64,000 bases of DNA from Acidimicrobiia bacterium (GTDB lineage Bacteria; Actinomycetota; Acidimicrobiia; Spongiisociales; ZC4RG35). How positions within the stretch are numbered: the stretch's first letter is position 1; each line of letters opens with the position of its first letter. Below, piece after piece: positions 48,858 through 59,615 of this stretch. The stretch is taken from NCBI GenBank assembly GCA_965215185.1, contig OZ244034.1, forward strand, positions 2,656,001 to 2,720,000. Direction: 5' to 3'. Below the pieces are notes generated by a model, which did no database searches, had not been told where the DNA came from, and worked only from the letters and a program-made list of their open reading frames with translations. A program made the translations under genes and the position numbers.

Positions 48858-50039
48858 CTAGCTTGACAGCTCCCGATAGAGGGGAGTGGGAAAACGCGGG
48901 GTGATTTTCGCCCCGCCCAGCCATTCCTCCAGCCCTTGGGCGCGCTCAGCCACCAGGTGCTCGCCGTCGGCGCCGATGTCTTCAGTCAGCCGGTAGACGA
49001 CCCTCCCGTCGGGTCGCTGTCCCCAGCCGCCCACCACTCGGCCGCACCACCAGACGGTGGGCCCGGCGTTGCCGTTGCGGTCGAAGAGTCCATCCCACCG
49101 CTCCCCGAGGTACCAGTGGCGTTCCCGCCATCCCATTACGGTCGGATCGAGTCCCGGCAATAGGGCCGCCCACGGCGGTGGGGAGGGGATCGGGTTGAGA
49201 TCATCGGCCATTACCCATGCCGGTCCCGTGTTGACCTCCACTTCCTCCAGATCCAAGGCGGCCAGTGCCGGTCGCAGACTGCGCAGCGGCCATCCGGTCC
49301 ACCACTTGAGATCGGCCTCCGTCCCGGGGCCGTAGGTGCGGAGCCAACCCTCCACGAGTCGGGTCCGAGCGACGCCCTGATCCAGATCGGGAATGCCGCC
49401 GGGGAGTCGGGATTCCATGGCAACCCATCGGTACTGGCCACTCCGCCAGGTCCCCCGTGGACGTCCCCGCAGGATCCGTCCCTCGGTGGCCAAGAGAAAC
49501 AGCACCCGCGTGGAAACTCCCACCTTTCCGCCCCACTTCCTGCCCACGCCGAAGGTGAGGGTTTCCTTGAGTTCGGGCACATCTTCGCGAAGCTCGGTGG
49601 CCAGCGCCTCTCCCCGCCGGAGAATCGCTTCCACGGTGGCGTTTTCCACTTCTTGGAGCCACCGTGTCCCGTTTTCGGTTATGCCCTCTCCTTCCAGATA
49701 ACCCACCAGCCGACGTCGCTCGGCGGCTGCCAGCGGCAGGGCGCATCCATGGTGGAGCAGGGGGATCAGATCGACGGGCACCGCAAAAAGGGTCCGGCGC
49801 ATTCCCAAGATTCGGAATATGGAGGGTTGTTCATAGAGACAGGCCTTTATGTCTGATACCTTCAGCCCATTCATACGCGCCCACAGGGACAAAAACACCG
49901 TGGCAGGGTCGCTGGAATGGAGCCCCACCTGTTGGCGGGCGGCTTCCATGGGCGAGGCCGCTGGAAAGCCGCGATGCAGATGATGGCGGGAAGCGAGTCG
50001 GGCGCGTCTTTCCTCGACGCCGATCCGCCTTCTCACCAT
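48858..50039 (-). CDS. Winged-helix (HTH_42) AlkZ-like DNA glycosylase
   Basis: GLHSSDP..LSLWAR, MRRTLF, YGP.T..DL.WWTG, LLPGLDP..MG. Confidence 0.88.
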   Translation of the reverse strand: MVRRRIGVEERRARLASRHHLHRGFPAASPMEAARQQVGLHSSDPATVFLSLWARMNGLKVSDIKACLYEQPSIFRILGMRRTLFAVPVDLIPLLHHGCALPLAAAERRRLVGYLEGEGITENGTRWLQEVENATVEAILRRGEALATELREDVPELKETLTFGVGRKWGGKVGVSTRVLFLLATEGRILRGRPRGTWRSGQYRWVAMESRLPGGIPDLDQGVARTRLVEGWLRTYGPGTEADLKWWTGWPLRSLRPALAALDLEEVEVNTGPAWVMADDLNPIPSPPPWAALLPGLDPTVMGWRERHWYLGERWDGLFDRNGNAGPTVWWCGRVVGGWGQRPDGRVVYRLTEDIGADGEHLVAERAQGLEEWLGGAKITPRFPTPLYRELSS

Positions 50040-50145
50040 GGGTATATCACCTTACGACAAGACCCTTATCACAGCCATAAGAGAAGCGACGGGTCGTCCC
50101 GGTGGAATGTGTGTCCAGTCCGGGACGACCCTGGGGCGGGTGCGT

Positions 50146-51504
50146 CTAAGCAACCACCGGAACGCTCTTCATGGCTTCGGCGACCTTCTCGTCGGGGTAC
50201 TCATAATCGGTGAAACCGCCGGCGAGATAGTTGTCGTAGGCAGCGAGGTCGAAGGATCCGTGTCCGCACAGGGCGGTGAGGATCACCTTTTCCTCGCCGC
50301 TTTCGCGACACTCGTTCGCCACCCGGATGGCCGAAGCCAGAGCATGGGCGGGCTCCGGCGCTGGAACGATACCTTCGGTGCGGGCGAACTGAACGCCAGC
50401 CGCGAAGCACTCCGTCTGTCCGATCGCCTCCGCCTCGATCAATCCCGACTCGTAGATGTGGGACAGCAAAGGCGACATGCCGTGGTAGCGCAAGCCCCCG
50501 GCATGGATCGGGTCGGGAACAAAGGAGTGCCCGAGGGTGTGCATCTTGATGAGGGGGGTCATACCGATGGTGTCCCCGAAGTCGTACCGGTACTCGCCCT
50601 TGGTGAAGGAAGGGCAGGAAGCTGGCTCCGACGCCCGAATCACCGGGTTGATCCTTCCGGCCAGCTTTTCCCGAAGGAAGGGGAAAGCCAAGCCCGAGAA
50701 GTTGGAGCCGCCTCCCGTGCATCCCACGATCACGTCGGGAGTTTCTCCCGCCATCGCCATCTGGTCGAGGGCTTCTTCTCCGATCACGGTCTGGTGAAGC
50801 AAGACATGGTTGAGGACGCTTCCCAGCGCGTACTTGACATCGGGGGAGCCGGCGGCCATCTCTACCGCCTCGGAGATGGCGATCCCCAGGCTCCCCGGAG
50901 AATCGGGGTCGGCGGCAAGCACGGTCCGCCCGGCATTGGTCACCTCCGACGGTGAGGCGTGGACTGTGGCGCCCCATATTTCCATTAGCGACTTGCGGTA
51001 GGGCTTTTGGTTGTAGGAGGCCCGAACCATCCAGACTTCGCATTCCAGACCGAACATGGCGCAAGCCAAAGACAAGGCAGATCCCCACTGTCCGGCGCCG
51101 GTCTCGGTGGTGAGTTTCCGCACGCCTTCTTGGGCGTTGTAGAAAGCCTGGGCTATCGCGGTGTTGGGCTTGTGCGAGCCGGCCGGGCTTCCGCCTTCGT
51201 ATTTGTAGTAAATACGAGCGGGGGTGTCGAGTGCCTTTTCCAAACTGAGAGCCCGAAAAAGAGGAGTGGGTCTCCACATTCGATAGACATCGAGGATCTC
51301 ACCGGGGATGTCGATCCGGGAATCCCCCGAGACTTCCTGGAGGATGAGAGCCATGGGAAACAGGGGAGCCAGATCCTCGGGCCCAACCGGCTGGTGGGTC
51401 CCAGGGTGAAGAACCGGCGGAGGGGGAGCCGGGAGGTCGGGAATGATGTTATACCAGCTGCTGGGTATCTGGGACTCGGTGAGAGTAAACTTCCTTTGAG
51501 CCAT
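50146..51504 (-). CDS. TrpB-like PLP enzyme (TrpB2)
   Basis: [40 protein letters not shown]. Confidence 0.95.
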   Translation of the reverse strand: MAQRKFTLTESQIPSSWYNIIPDLPAPPPPVLHPGTHQPVGPEDLAPLFPMALILQEVSGDSRIDIPGEILDVYRMWRPTPLFRALSLEKALDTPARIYYKYEGGSPAGSHKPNTAIAQAFYNAQEGVRKLTTETGAGQWGSALSLACAMFGLECEVWMVRASYNQKPYRKSLMEIWGATVHASPSEVTNAGRTVLAADPDSPGSLGIAISEAVEMAAGSPDVKYALGSVLNHVLLHQTVIGEEALDQMAMAGETPDVIVGCTGGGSNFSGLAFPFLREKLAGRINPVIRASEPASCPSFTKGEYRYDFGDTIGMTPLIKMHTLGHSFVPDPIHAGGLRYHGMSPLLSHIYESGLIEAEAIGQTECFAAGVQFARTEGIVPAPEPAHALASAIRVANECRESGEEKVILTALCGHGSFDLAAYDNYLAGGFTDYEYPDEKVAEAMKSVPVVA

Positions 51505-51580
51505 AGTCGATCCTCGTTTCTTTACCAGATTGCTTTCGGCTGCTGATGATGATAGAGAACCCAATAACCTAGGTGTGCAG

Positions 51581-52159
51581 ATGACTGTTAGTTCTCCCAC
51601 CTCCCTTCCTTGGACGAACAATCCCGAGGCCGATCGCCTTCTGGCCACCGACAGCCTGGCGCTACTGGTCGGGATGTTGCTGGATCAACAGTTTCCCATG
51701 GAACGGGCGTTCTTCGGCCCTTACCTCCTTCAGGAACGTCTGGGCCGTTCCTTGGATGCCGGGGAGATCGCCGACTGGGATCCGGAGGAAATGGCGATCA
51801 CCTTCCGTGGTCCGCCGGCTATCCATCGTTACCCGGCCTCCATGGCCAAGCGCACCCAGGCCCTGTGCCAAGCTCTGGTCGATGAGTACGACGGCGAGAC
51901 CGAGCGTCTGTGGAACGAAGCCGAGAGCGGACTGCAGTTGTACAGGCGCCTGATAAGTCTGCCCGGTTTTGGGGAGATGAAGGCCCGCGTGTTCGTGGGT
52001 GTGTTGGGCAAGCGTATGGGAGTTCGCCCGGATGGATGGGAAAGGGAAGCCGCCCAACGCCCCTCAATAGCCGATGTGGCCCGCTGGGAGGACGTGGCGG
52101 AGTTGCGGGCGCACAAGCGGGAGATGAAAGCCGCCGCTAAGGCCAAGACGAAGAAGTAA
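51581..52159 (+). CDS. Actinobacterial HhH-GPD-type protein
   Basis: [38 protein letters not shown]. Confidence 0.88.
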   Translation: MTVSSPTSLPWTNNPEADRLLATDSLALLVGMLLDQQFPMERAFFGPYLLQERLGRSLDAGEIADWDPEEMAITFRGPPAIHRYPASMAKRTQALCQALVDEYDGETERLWNEAESGLQLYRRLISLPGFGEMKARVFVGVLGKRMGVRPDGWEREAAQRPSIADVARWEDVAELRAHKREMKAAAKAKTKK

Positions 52160-52201
52160 CCGGGCAATCCTCACGGCAGAGGGTCGTCTATTCTTCGGAC
52201 C

Positions 52202-52804
52202 ATGAAAATTGACTTCTATTTCGACCCTGTCTGTCCGTGGTGCTGGATAACGAGTCGCTGGCTGACGGAGGTCGCTCCCCAACGTCCGGTGGACATCCGC
52301 TGGTGCACCTTCAGCCTGTATATCAAGAACCAGGGCCGTGAACTCCCAGAACAGTATTGGGAGGTATCCGACTGGGGGCGGGGAGCGTTGCGGATCGTGG
52401 AAGCGGCCCGCTCCACCGAGGGAGAGCAGTTCGTAGGCGACTTCTACACCGAGCTGGGGGCCCGCTTTCACCACGACGAGGAATACTTGCCAGACCTGGC
52501 TGACAGCTTGGAAGCCATCGGACGCTCTGCGGACTGGGCCACCGCGGTTGATGATCCGCAATGGGATGAGGCGATCAAGACATCCATGTCGCAGGTGTTG
52601 GGCCTACTGGGGGATGACATCGGGGTACCTTCGATTGTGTTCGATGGGAAGTACGGCTACTTTGGACCGGTGATCTCCCCGGCGCCAACCGGTGAAGCCG
52701 CCTTGAAACTATTCGACGGCTTTGCCGCCTTGGCCGCTCAACCGGGGATCTGGGAGGTAAAGCGAGAACGAACCGTCGGCCCAGTTTTCGGTCCCCGCCC
52801 TTAA
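52202..52804 (+). CDS. DsbA-like thioredoxin-fold protein (Rv2466c-like)
   Basis: FYFDPVCPWCWITSRW, GVPSI, FGPVISPAP, EVKR.R. Confidence 0.88.
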   Translation: MKIDFYFDPVCPWCWITSRWLTEVAPQRPVDIRWCTFSLYIKNQGRELPEQYWEVSDWGRGALRIVEAARSTEGEQFVGDFYTELGARFHHDEEYLPDLADSLEAIGRSADWATAVDDPQWDEAIKTSMSQVLGLLGDDIGVPSIVFDGKYGYFGPVISPAPTGEAALKLFDGFAALAAQPGIWEVKRERTVGPVFGPRP

Positions 52805-52950
52805 CTGAAGGTTGGGGGAAATCTAAGGCTCCGGGGCGGGGAGGACGTTGACCAGCCACTGTCCTTGGTGTTCGGGATTCTGCCGTCTCTGGGCGGTGCT
52901 ATCCACAACAGCACTCTTCTGAACCCACCCGGCTCTTAGAATCTGGGCGT

Positions 52951-53757
52951 ATGTCGTCTTCCCCTTCTATAGCGGTGCTCGGCGCCGGGGCGATGGGGTC
53001 CGCCTTGGCCAGGGGCCTCTTGAGGAATGGCTGGTGTCCGGATGATCTGATCCTGGCTGAAGTTGTGGCCGAGCGAGCTGCTCAGGTAAAGGCTGAACTG
53101 GGGTGCGAATGTGTCTGCGATCCTGCCGAAGCCGTTAGGGGTCGGCAGGCTGTGGTAGTGGCGGTGAAGCCCCAGGACATAGAAACTCTGCTGGAGCAGG
53201 TGGCCCCAGTGATCACCCCGGATCAGGTGGTCATCACCCTGGCTGCCGGGGTTCGCATCGAGACCCTCGAAAAGGCGTTGGAGGAGACCCCGGTGGTGCG
53301 TGTTATGCCCAACACCCCGGCTCTTTTGGGCAAGGGCATCGCCGGTTTGGCGGGAGGCACATATGCGAGATCAAGCCATATGGCAATGGCCCGGATGGTG
53401 ATGGAAGCGGTGGGAGAGGTGGTGGAACTGGAGGAGGCCGACCTGGACGCGGTCACAGCAGTTTCCGGGTCCGGACCCGCCTATGTTTTTGCCTTGGCCG
53501 AGTCGATGACCGAGGCGGCTCTCAAACTGGGATTGCCGGCGGGCGTCGCGGCCAAGTTGGTGAATTACACAGTTTTGGGAGCGGGAGAGATGCTGGTACG
53601 CACCGGCCAGAGCGCCGCTCATCTACGTCGACAGGTTGCCTCGCCGGGTGGCACCACCGCGGCTGCGCTGGCGGTGATGAACCAGGGCGGGTTCTCGGAA
53701 CTGATGGTGCAGGCTCTTGAAGCAGCCCACGCCCGTTCCGTCGAGTTGGGCGGATAG
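52951..53757 (+). CDS. proC: Pyrroline-5-carboxylate reductase
   Basis: GAGAMG, AVKPQ, VRVMPNTP, SGSGPAY, SPGGTT. Confidence 0.96.
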   Translation: MSSSPSIAVLGAGAMGSALARGLLRNGWCPDDLILAEVVAERAAQVKAELGCECVCDPAEAVRGRQAVVVAVKPQDIETLLEQVAPVITPDQVVITLAAGVRIETLEKALEETPVVRVMPNTPALLGKGIAGLAGGTYARSSHMAMARMVMEAVGEVVELEEADLDAVTAVSGSGPAYVFALAESMTEAALKLGLPAGVAAKLVNYTVLGAGEMLVRTGQSAAHLRRQVASPGGTTAAALAVMNQGGFSELMVQALEAAHARSVELGG

Positions 53758-53774
53758 AAACCGGAGAGGGCCAG

Positions 53775-54206
53775 ATGCAGGCGCCGGAATTCACTCTCCT
53801 GGACCAAGATCGGACCCAGGTCTCCCTATCGGATTTCTCCGGTCAGCGGGTGGTGGTGTACTTCTATCCCAGGGCCATGACTTATGGTTGCACCATACAG
53901 GCGTGTGACTTTCGGGACAGCTATCAGGAGTTTCTGGATGCCGGTCTGGCGGTGGTGGGCATCAGCGGAGATCCGCCGGAGAGGCTCGCCAGATTCCGCG
54001 AGAAGGAGAATCTCCCTTTTCCTCTCTTGTACGACGAGGGTCATGCGGTAGCCCAAGCGTATGGCGCCTGGGGGGCGAAGAAGCTGTTCGGGGTGGTTCG
54101 CACAACTTTTGTGGTGGGTCCCAACGGAGAGTTGGAGAGGCAGTACTCTCATATTCGCCCCAAAGGACTGGTCGGTGAGGTCAAAAGCGACCTGCTGGAT
54201 TCCTGA
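53775..54206 (+). CDS. bcp: Peroxiredoxin Bcp, diverged paralogue
   Basis: YFYPRAMTYGCTIQACDFRD, RTTFV. Confidence 0.9.
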   Translation: MQAPEFTLLDQDRTQVSLSDFSGQRVVVYFYPRAMTYGCTIQACDFRDSYQEFLDAGLAVVGISGDPPERLARFREKENLPFPLLYDEGHAVAQAYGAWGAKKLFGVVRTTFVVGPNGELERQYSHIRPKGLVGEVKSDLLDS

Positions 54207-54331
54207 TTGAGGAAGGCCACAACAGTGGCGTCCCCCAAGATTGATTTGAGGAAAAGTTAAGGGCCTGCAAGAGGCTCTTCTTCGCCGCTTCGCCGAAACT
54301 CGGCTGCGGCCGACAACGATCGCGGTGTGTA

Positions 54332-54754
54332 CTATTCTGCGAACAGCTTTACGTCCATGAGCTGCATGCGCTTTTTCGAGTCAGCCGGGTTGTGCGGCAC
54401 TCCGATGGCCAGGAGGCGGAATGAATCTCCCAAAGTGGCCCCTACCGCATGCGGCACTAGACCAGGTACGTATATGAGTTCACCTGGGAAGACCTGGAGT
54501 TGCTGCTCTTCGAATGTGACGGTCCCCTTGCCGAAGGTGCAGTACAGCAAGTGGTGACCTTCATGGATATGAGGAGGAAACGAGAATCCGCTGGGGATAT
54601 TCAATACTTCGGCGCCGAAGTAGTACCGCGAGTCCAAGACCACCGGTACCCGAAACAGCTTGTTGGCGGTAACACCCTCCACACCGTGCACCTTCACCCC
54701 ATCTTCGGGGTCGCATTCCATGTGAAGTAGACGGAAATCCTTAGTGGCTGCCAT
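54332..54754 (-). CDS. Cupin domain protein
   Basis: FPPHIHEGHH, PGELIYVPGLVPHAV; AAAGGA RBS. Confidence 0.85.
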   Translation of the reverse strand: MAATKDFRLLHMECDPEDGVKVHGVEGVTANKLFRVPVVLDSRYYFGAEVLNIPSGFSFPPHIHEGHHLLYCTFGKGTVTFEEQQLQVFPGELIYVPGLVPHAVGATLGDSFRLLAIGVPHNPADSKKRMQLMDVKLFAE

Positions 54755-55045
54755 GATCGGGTCCTTTCGAGCGTTTCTTGCAAGCGGATCTTCGTCGGGC
54801 GCCCAACTCGTTATATGCTCAAAAGTACCCGTCTCCCGGGCTTATGAGGGAGAGTTTCTACCGATCTGCCATGTGCCACTTCGACGCTTCCGCAGGCTCG
54901 CCGAGGCATATGCGCTGAGCCTTGGCTATCAAGCGAGACCTGCCGAGGGTTTTGAGGTTGTTGCAACCCCTCCCCCGGTTTTCCAGGTAAGGGAACGGCT
55001 TCGTAGAGTGGGGTCGAGCGGTACATCGGGACTCAGGGGGAGTAC

Positions 55046-55492
55046 GTGAAAGCACCACAATTCACCTTGTTGGATCAGGATCTGAGTCCCGTCTCCCTGT
55101 CCGACTTCTCCGGTCAGAGACTGGTGGTGTTCTTCTACCCCAAGGCCATGACACCGGGTTGCACTGTCCAGGCGTGTGACTTTCGGGACAGCTACCGGGA
55201 ACTGCTCGAATCCGGACTGGCTGTGGTTGGGATCAGCCCCGATCCACCAGAGAGGCTGTCGGAGTTCCGCCGTAAAGAAAACCTGCCTTTCCCACTGCTG
55301 TCCGATGGGGACCACGCAGTCGCAGAGGCGTTCGGGGCTTGGGGCACCAAAACGCTGTATGGAAAAGAGACGGTTGGGCTTATCCGCTCCACCTTTGTGT
55401 TGGGTCCCGACGGTGAGGTGGAACGGGCCTTTCGGAATGTTCGGGCCAAGGGGCACGTAAGCCGCCTCAAACGAGACTTGGTGGGCCACTGA
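55046..55492 (+). CDS. bcp: Peroxiredoxin Bcp
   Basis: FFYPKAMTPGCTVQACDFRD, KTLYGK..GLIRSTF, VRAKGH. Confidence 0.93.
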   Translation: MKAPQFTLLDQDLSPVSLSDFSGQRLVVFFYPKAMTPGCTVQACDFRDSYRELLESGLAVVGISPDPPERLSEFRRKENLPFPLLSDGDHAVAEAFGAWGTKTLYGKETVGLIRSTFVLGPDGEVERAFRNVRAKGHVSRLKRDLVGH

Positions 55493-55603
55493 GGTTCTGC
55501 ACGACCCTGGAGCAGGGGTGGAGTATCCTTTGGGCGGACAAGCGGGGCAGGTGTACGTGAGAGGGCCCCGATTGACATCGACTGCGGGGAGCAATATCAC
55601 AGC

Positions 55604-57769
55604 ATGAAAGCGTCGAAGGTCTTGTTTGCCTTGGGGGTGGTTTCAGCGGTGGGGGTGATGGGGCTGTGGTGGTTGGGGGCGGTCATGCACGCCGAGCCAC
55701 CCGGCGACGTGGGGCGGGAGGTGTTCGGGAATATCCCGAGCGGTCTGGAAGCGGCTTTCTATGTCTCGATAGCCGCCTTCCTGTGGCTGGCTTTCTATCT
55801 GTTCTCCCTACGTGCTCGCAACTGGTCGCGGGGGGATTCGGAGAAGCGACTGGGTGAATGGAAGAGGAGGGTGCGCAGCCTGGCTGAAGGTCTTCGCATG
55901 AAGACCTTGTTGGAGGACACTGCCGCCGGCCTCATGCACTCCATGATCTATTTTGGATTCCTGGTGCTCTTGGCAGGAACTATCACCCTCGAAATAGATC
56001 ATCTGATGCCCGAGTTCCTCAAGTTCCTGCACGGCCCCTTCTACCTGGGGTATTCGGCGGTCTTGGACCTTTTCGCCCTGATCTTTTTGGGTGGCTTGGC
56101 ATGGGCGGTGTTCCGTCGTTACATTCGACCGCCGGCCCGCATAGCCTCTAAAACCCGGCCGGAGGACGCCCTGGTGCTGGGTCTTCTGATTCTGGTGGGC
56201 GTCACCGGACTGGTAACGGAAGCTGCCCGGATCGCGGTGGACGGCCAACCCGACTTCGAAAAGTGGTCTTTCGTCGGGTATCCGCTCTCTTTCCTGATGC
56301 CCTCGTCACCGCAGCTCTTCCATCAAGTGGTGTGGGGGATTCACGCCGCTTCCTTCCTGGCCTTCTTGGTGGTCCTTCCCATGACCAAACTGCGGCACGC
56401 GGTCACCTCACCGGTCAACATGTTTCTGTCTCCCAAAGAACGGGTGAAAGGTGCGATGAAGGCCATGCCCAACCTCATGGAGGCCGACGACCTCGAGATG
56501 ATTGGCGCGGCAACGGTGGGCGATCTGTCCTGGAAGCAGTTGTTTGACACCGACGCCTGCACTATTTGCGGCCGCTGCACCTCGGTATGCCCGGCCAACA
56601 TCACCGGCAAGACACTCGACCCCCGAGAGATCGTGGTCAAGGCGGGAGAGGTGCTCACAGCTTCCGGCCAACCGGTGGTGACCGCTCCGGTGGCTCTTCC
56701 CGCCGGCATCACCATCGACACCGACAGTCTCTTCGAACGCATATCTTCGGAGGAGGTCTGGTCGTGCACGTCCTGTCGAGCATGCGACGACATCTGTCCG
56801 GTCAACATCGAGATTCTCGACAAGATTCTCGACATGCGCCGCTACCTGACGCTGATGGAAGCCGATTTCCCGCCCGAGCTGGCCAAGGCCTTCGTGGGCA
56901 TGGAGAATCAGGGCAACCCCTGGGGCTTGGGAAGGGAACAGCGAATCGAGTGGACCAAGCAACTGGACTTTCCAGTCAGGGTCTTGGGGGTGGACGGGGT
57001 GGATTCTGCCGAGTACCTGTGGTTTGTGGGTTGTGCCGGGTCCTTCGACGATCGCAATCGGGCGGTGACCGTGTCACTGGCACGCTTGATGCACGCCGCA
57101 GGCATAGATTTCGCAGTGCTCGGGCCCCGGGAGATGTGTAACGGAGATCCCGCGCGGCGCAGTGGCAACGAGTTCGTCTACCAGCAGTTGGCCTTCCAAA
57201 ACATCGAGACCTTCGACTCTCTGGGAGTCAAGAAGGTGATCACCCAGTGCCCCCACTGTTTCAACACCCTGGCCAACGAGTACCCGCAACTAGGTGGGAA
57301 CTACGAGGTGATCCACCACAGCCAACTTCTGGCGGAACTGCTGAAGCGGGGAGCGCTGACCACTCCCAATGGGTCCTCCAACGGCGTGTCGGAGCCCCGC
57401 CGGGTCACCTATCACGACCCCTGTTACCTGGGTCGGCACAACGACATCTACCTGGCGCCCCGGGAAGTGGTGGCTGCTTCGGGCAAGGTCGAGATGGTGG
57501 AGATGCCCCGACACGGAACCAAGGCGCTGTGCTGCGGGGCGGGAGGAGCCCGGTTCTGGATGGAGGAACGTGTGGGGAAGAAAATCAATATCGAACGCAC
57601 CGAGGAGGCCTTGGCCACCGGCGCCTCGGAGGTGGCGGTTTCCTGTCCGTATTGTTATGTGATGTTGGATGACGGAGTTAAAGAGATTGGCCGGGCAGAG
57701 GAGGTGGTGGTGAGGGATATAGCGGAGATGTTGGCTGAGGCGGCTTTGGATGGGACGGACCACAGGTGA
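55604..57769 (+). CDS. Membrane Fe-S oxidoreductase, heterodisulfide reductase/FadF-like
   Basis: N-terminal TM domain, two CxxCxxCxxxCP motifs, CCG domains (CPHC, YHDPC, CCGAG, SCPYC). Confidence 0.92.
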   Translation: MKASKVLFALGVVSAVGVMGLWWLGAVMHAEPPGDVGREVFGNIPSGLEAAFYVSIAAFLWLAFYLFSLRARNWSRGDSEKRLGEWKRRVRSLAEGLRMKTLLEDTAAGLMHSMIYFGFLVLLAGTITLEIDHLMPEFLKFLHGPFYLGYSAVLDLFALIFLGGLAWAVFRRYIRPPARIASKTRPEDALVLGLLILVGVTGLVTEAARIAVDGQPDFEKWSFVGYPLSFLMPSSPQLFHQVVWGIHAASFLAFLVVLPMTKLRHAVTSPVNMFLSPKERVKGAMKAMPNLMEADDLEMIGAATVGDLSWKQLFDTDACTICGRCTSVCPANITGKTLDPREIVVKAGEVLTASGQPVVTAPVALPAGITIDTDSLFERISSEEVWSCTSCRACDDICPVNIEILDKILDMRRYLTLMEADFPPELAKAFVGMENQGNPWGLGREQRIEWTKQLDFPVRVLGVDGVDSAEYLWFVGCAGSFDDRNRAVTVSLARLMHAAGIDFAVLGPREMCNGDPARRSGNEFVYQQLAFQNIETFDSLGVKKVITQCPHCFNTLANEYPQLGGNYEVIHHSQLLAELLKRGALTTPNGSSNGVSEPRRVTYHDPCYLGRHNDIYLAPREVVAASGKVEMVEMPRHGTKALCCGAGGARFWMEERVGKKINIERTEEALATGASEVAVSCPYCYVMLDDGVKEIGRAEEVVVRDIAEMLAEAALDGTDHR

Positions 57770-57823
57770 ACCGGGAGGCCCTAGCCAACTGATGAGCGTT
57801 TTCGCAATACCGGTGAGATCTTG

Positions 57824-58630
57824 ATGCGGGTCGGATATCAGGGAGAGATCTACTCCTACAGCCATCAGGTAGCCACCGAGTTGTTCGCCGATCAGGAATT
57901 GTGTGGCTACCCGAACTTCTCTGCGGCCTTCTCGGCGATGAAGGCCGCAGAGGTGGACCGATTGGTGCTGCCTATCGAGAATTCCACCACCGGCAGTGTG
58001 CTGCCGGTGCTCAACAGGTTGGTCACCGGCGATCTCCACATCGTCGCCGAGTACAAGAAGGTGGCCACTCACAGCCTCCTGGGGCTTTCCGGCGCCGAGC
58101 TATCCGGGGTCCGTAAGGTGTTTTCCCATCCCGAGGCTCTGTCTCAAGCGGAGAGGACCATCGCCCGGCGGGGGTGGGAAGGGGTCCCCGTACATGACAC
58201 CGCCGGAGCGGTGCGGATCGTTGCATCCCAAGGTGATCCAGAACAGGCCGCGTTGGCACATATCAGCGCCGCAGCACTGGGTCTGGAGGTACTTTTGGAA
58301 AATGTGGTCGATCGGGTCGACAACACCACTCGTTTTGTGGTGCTTGCCCCCGGGGAGCCGTCCGTGCCCGAGGATGCCAACAAGACTTCGGTGGTCTTTG
58401 AAGTTCTCCACCGGCCCGGTTCGCTGGCCCTGGCCCTCACCGAACTAGCCGCCCGCGGCGCCAACCTGACCCGGATCGAATCCCGCCCCTCCACCGAGGC
58501 GTGGCGCTACCGTTTTTTTGTGGAATTGGTCCACTCCCCGGGACCCGAAGGCCTGTCCAAGGTGTTCAACCCGGACCTTGTGACCGTCAGTGACCTGCAG
58601 GTGCTGGGCAGTTACCAAGCCGCCCGCTGA
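57824..58630 (+). CDS. pheA: Prephenate dehydratase
   Basis: PIENS..G.V, SHPEAL.Q, N.TRFV, ACT domain NLTRIESRP. Confidence 0.92.
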   Translation: MRVGYQGEIYSYSHQVATELFADQELCGYPNFSAAFSAMKAAEVDRLVLPIENSTTGSVLPVLNRLVTGDLHIVAEYKKVATHSLLGLSGAELSGVRKVFSHPEALSQAERTIARRGWEGVPVHDTAGAVRIVASQGDPEQAALAHISAAALGLEVLLENVVDRVDNTTRFVVLAPGEPSVPEDANKTSVVFEVLHRPGSLALALTELAARGANLTRIESRPSTEAWRYRFFVELVHSPGPEGLSKVFNPDLVTVSDLQVLGSYQAAR

Positions 58631-58631
58631 T

Positions 58632-59615
58632 TCACCGGCCGCGTTTGTGAGCTGAGCCATCAGCGGTTCGAGGGCGGTCTGAAAGGAGGTGGGAGGAGGA
58701 CTTCTCCATTGGAGGTCGTCGCGTACCCCGATTAGTGCATCGGGTTGCCTTCCCGTCCAGGCGGCCAGGTGAAGCGAAAACTCCTTACCAAGACCTTGGT
58801 CGACCCTCAGACGGTTGACCACGGTGCGGGGAAGCGATCCACCGCCAAGCCTGGCAAGAAGGGCTGCCGCCCGCACGATCCCAGAAGGGCTGGCCTCACA
58901 CACCACTACTCGCTCCCCTGGCCAATTCTCGAATGAGCGATGCCCGGGGCCCAGATCCACCACCACGGTCTGGTAATCCCAAAGGCGTGACCAGCCACCG
59001 TGGATCATTCCCCCAAACGTTTCACCGACGCCGCCCAACAGCACGTCGATGCCGTGGGTGTAATCGGTTCCTGGTAGCGGCTGGGTGGAGCAAGCCCGAG
59101 TCGAAGTCCCAAGGCGGGAGAGGGGTCTGCTTCGATCAGTAGGCAGGCGCCGCTTCGAGCACCCAACCAGGCCAGTCCCACCGCCACTTCGGTTCTCCCC
59201 GGAGCACCGCGTGGTCCTCCCACGGCCACCACCATGGGACTCTTCGGTGTAGTGTGACAGGTATTCGTGGAACGAGTGGCCAGCAAAATGGCGGCGGCTT
59301 GTTCGGGGTCGGGTTCTTCCAGCACGAAGTGGCATCCCCAGTCTTCCAGCAGGCGACAATTAACGGGTTGGTAAGGGTCGTTGACCCCGATGACGACGGT
59401 TCCCATCTGACGCCAGGTGTCCACCAGGCCGTGGGACAACCAGGGGATTTCTGTCCCCACCATCACCGCATCTGGTAGTTGATCTGCCAGTGCCCGGTGG
59501 ACCTGGGCCGGATGGAAGGCGCGTTCGACGATCCGAAGAGTTCCAGTCATTCTGGCTCTCTCACCAATTCGGTTTCCCACAGCGGCCCGACAGTGGTGAC
59601 CACCCGGGGGATCAT
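58632..59615 (-). pseudogene. MinD/CpaE-like P-loop ATPase with receiver-like N-terminus, three apparent single-base deletions
   Basis: GPRGAPGRT Walker A, LLIEAD, VVVDLG, VVNR spread over different frames; shifts near 59556, 59057 and 58637. Confidence 0.65.
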
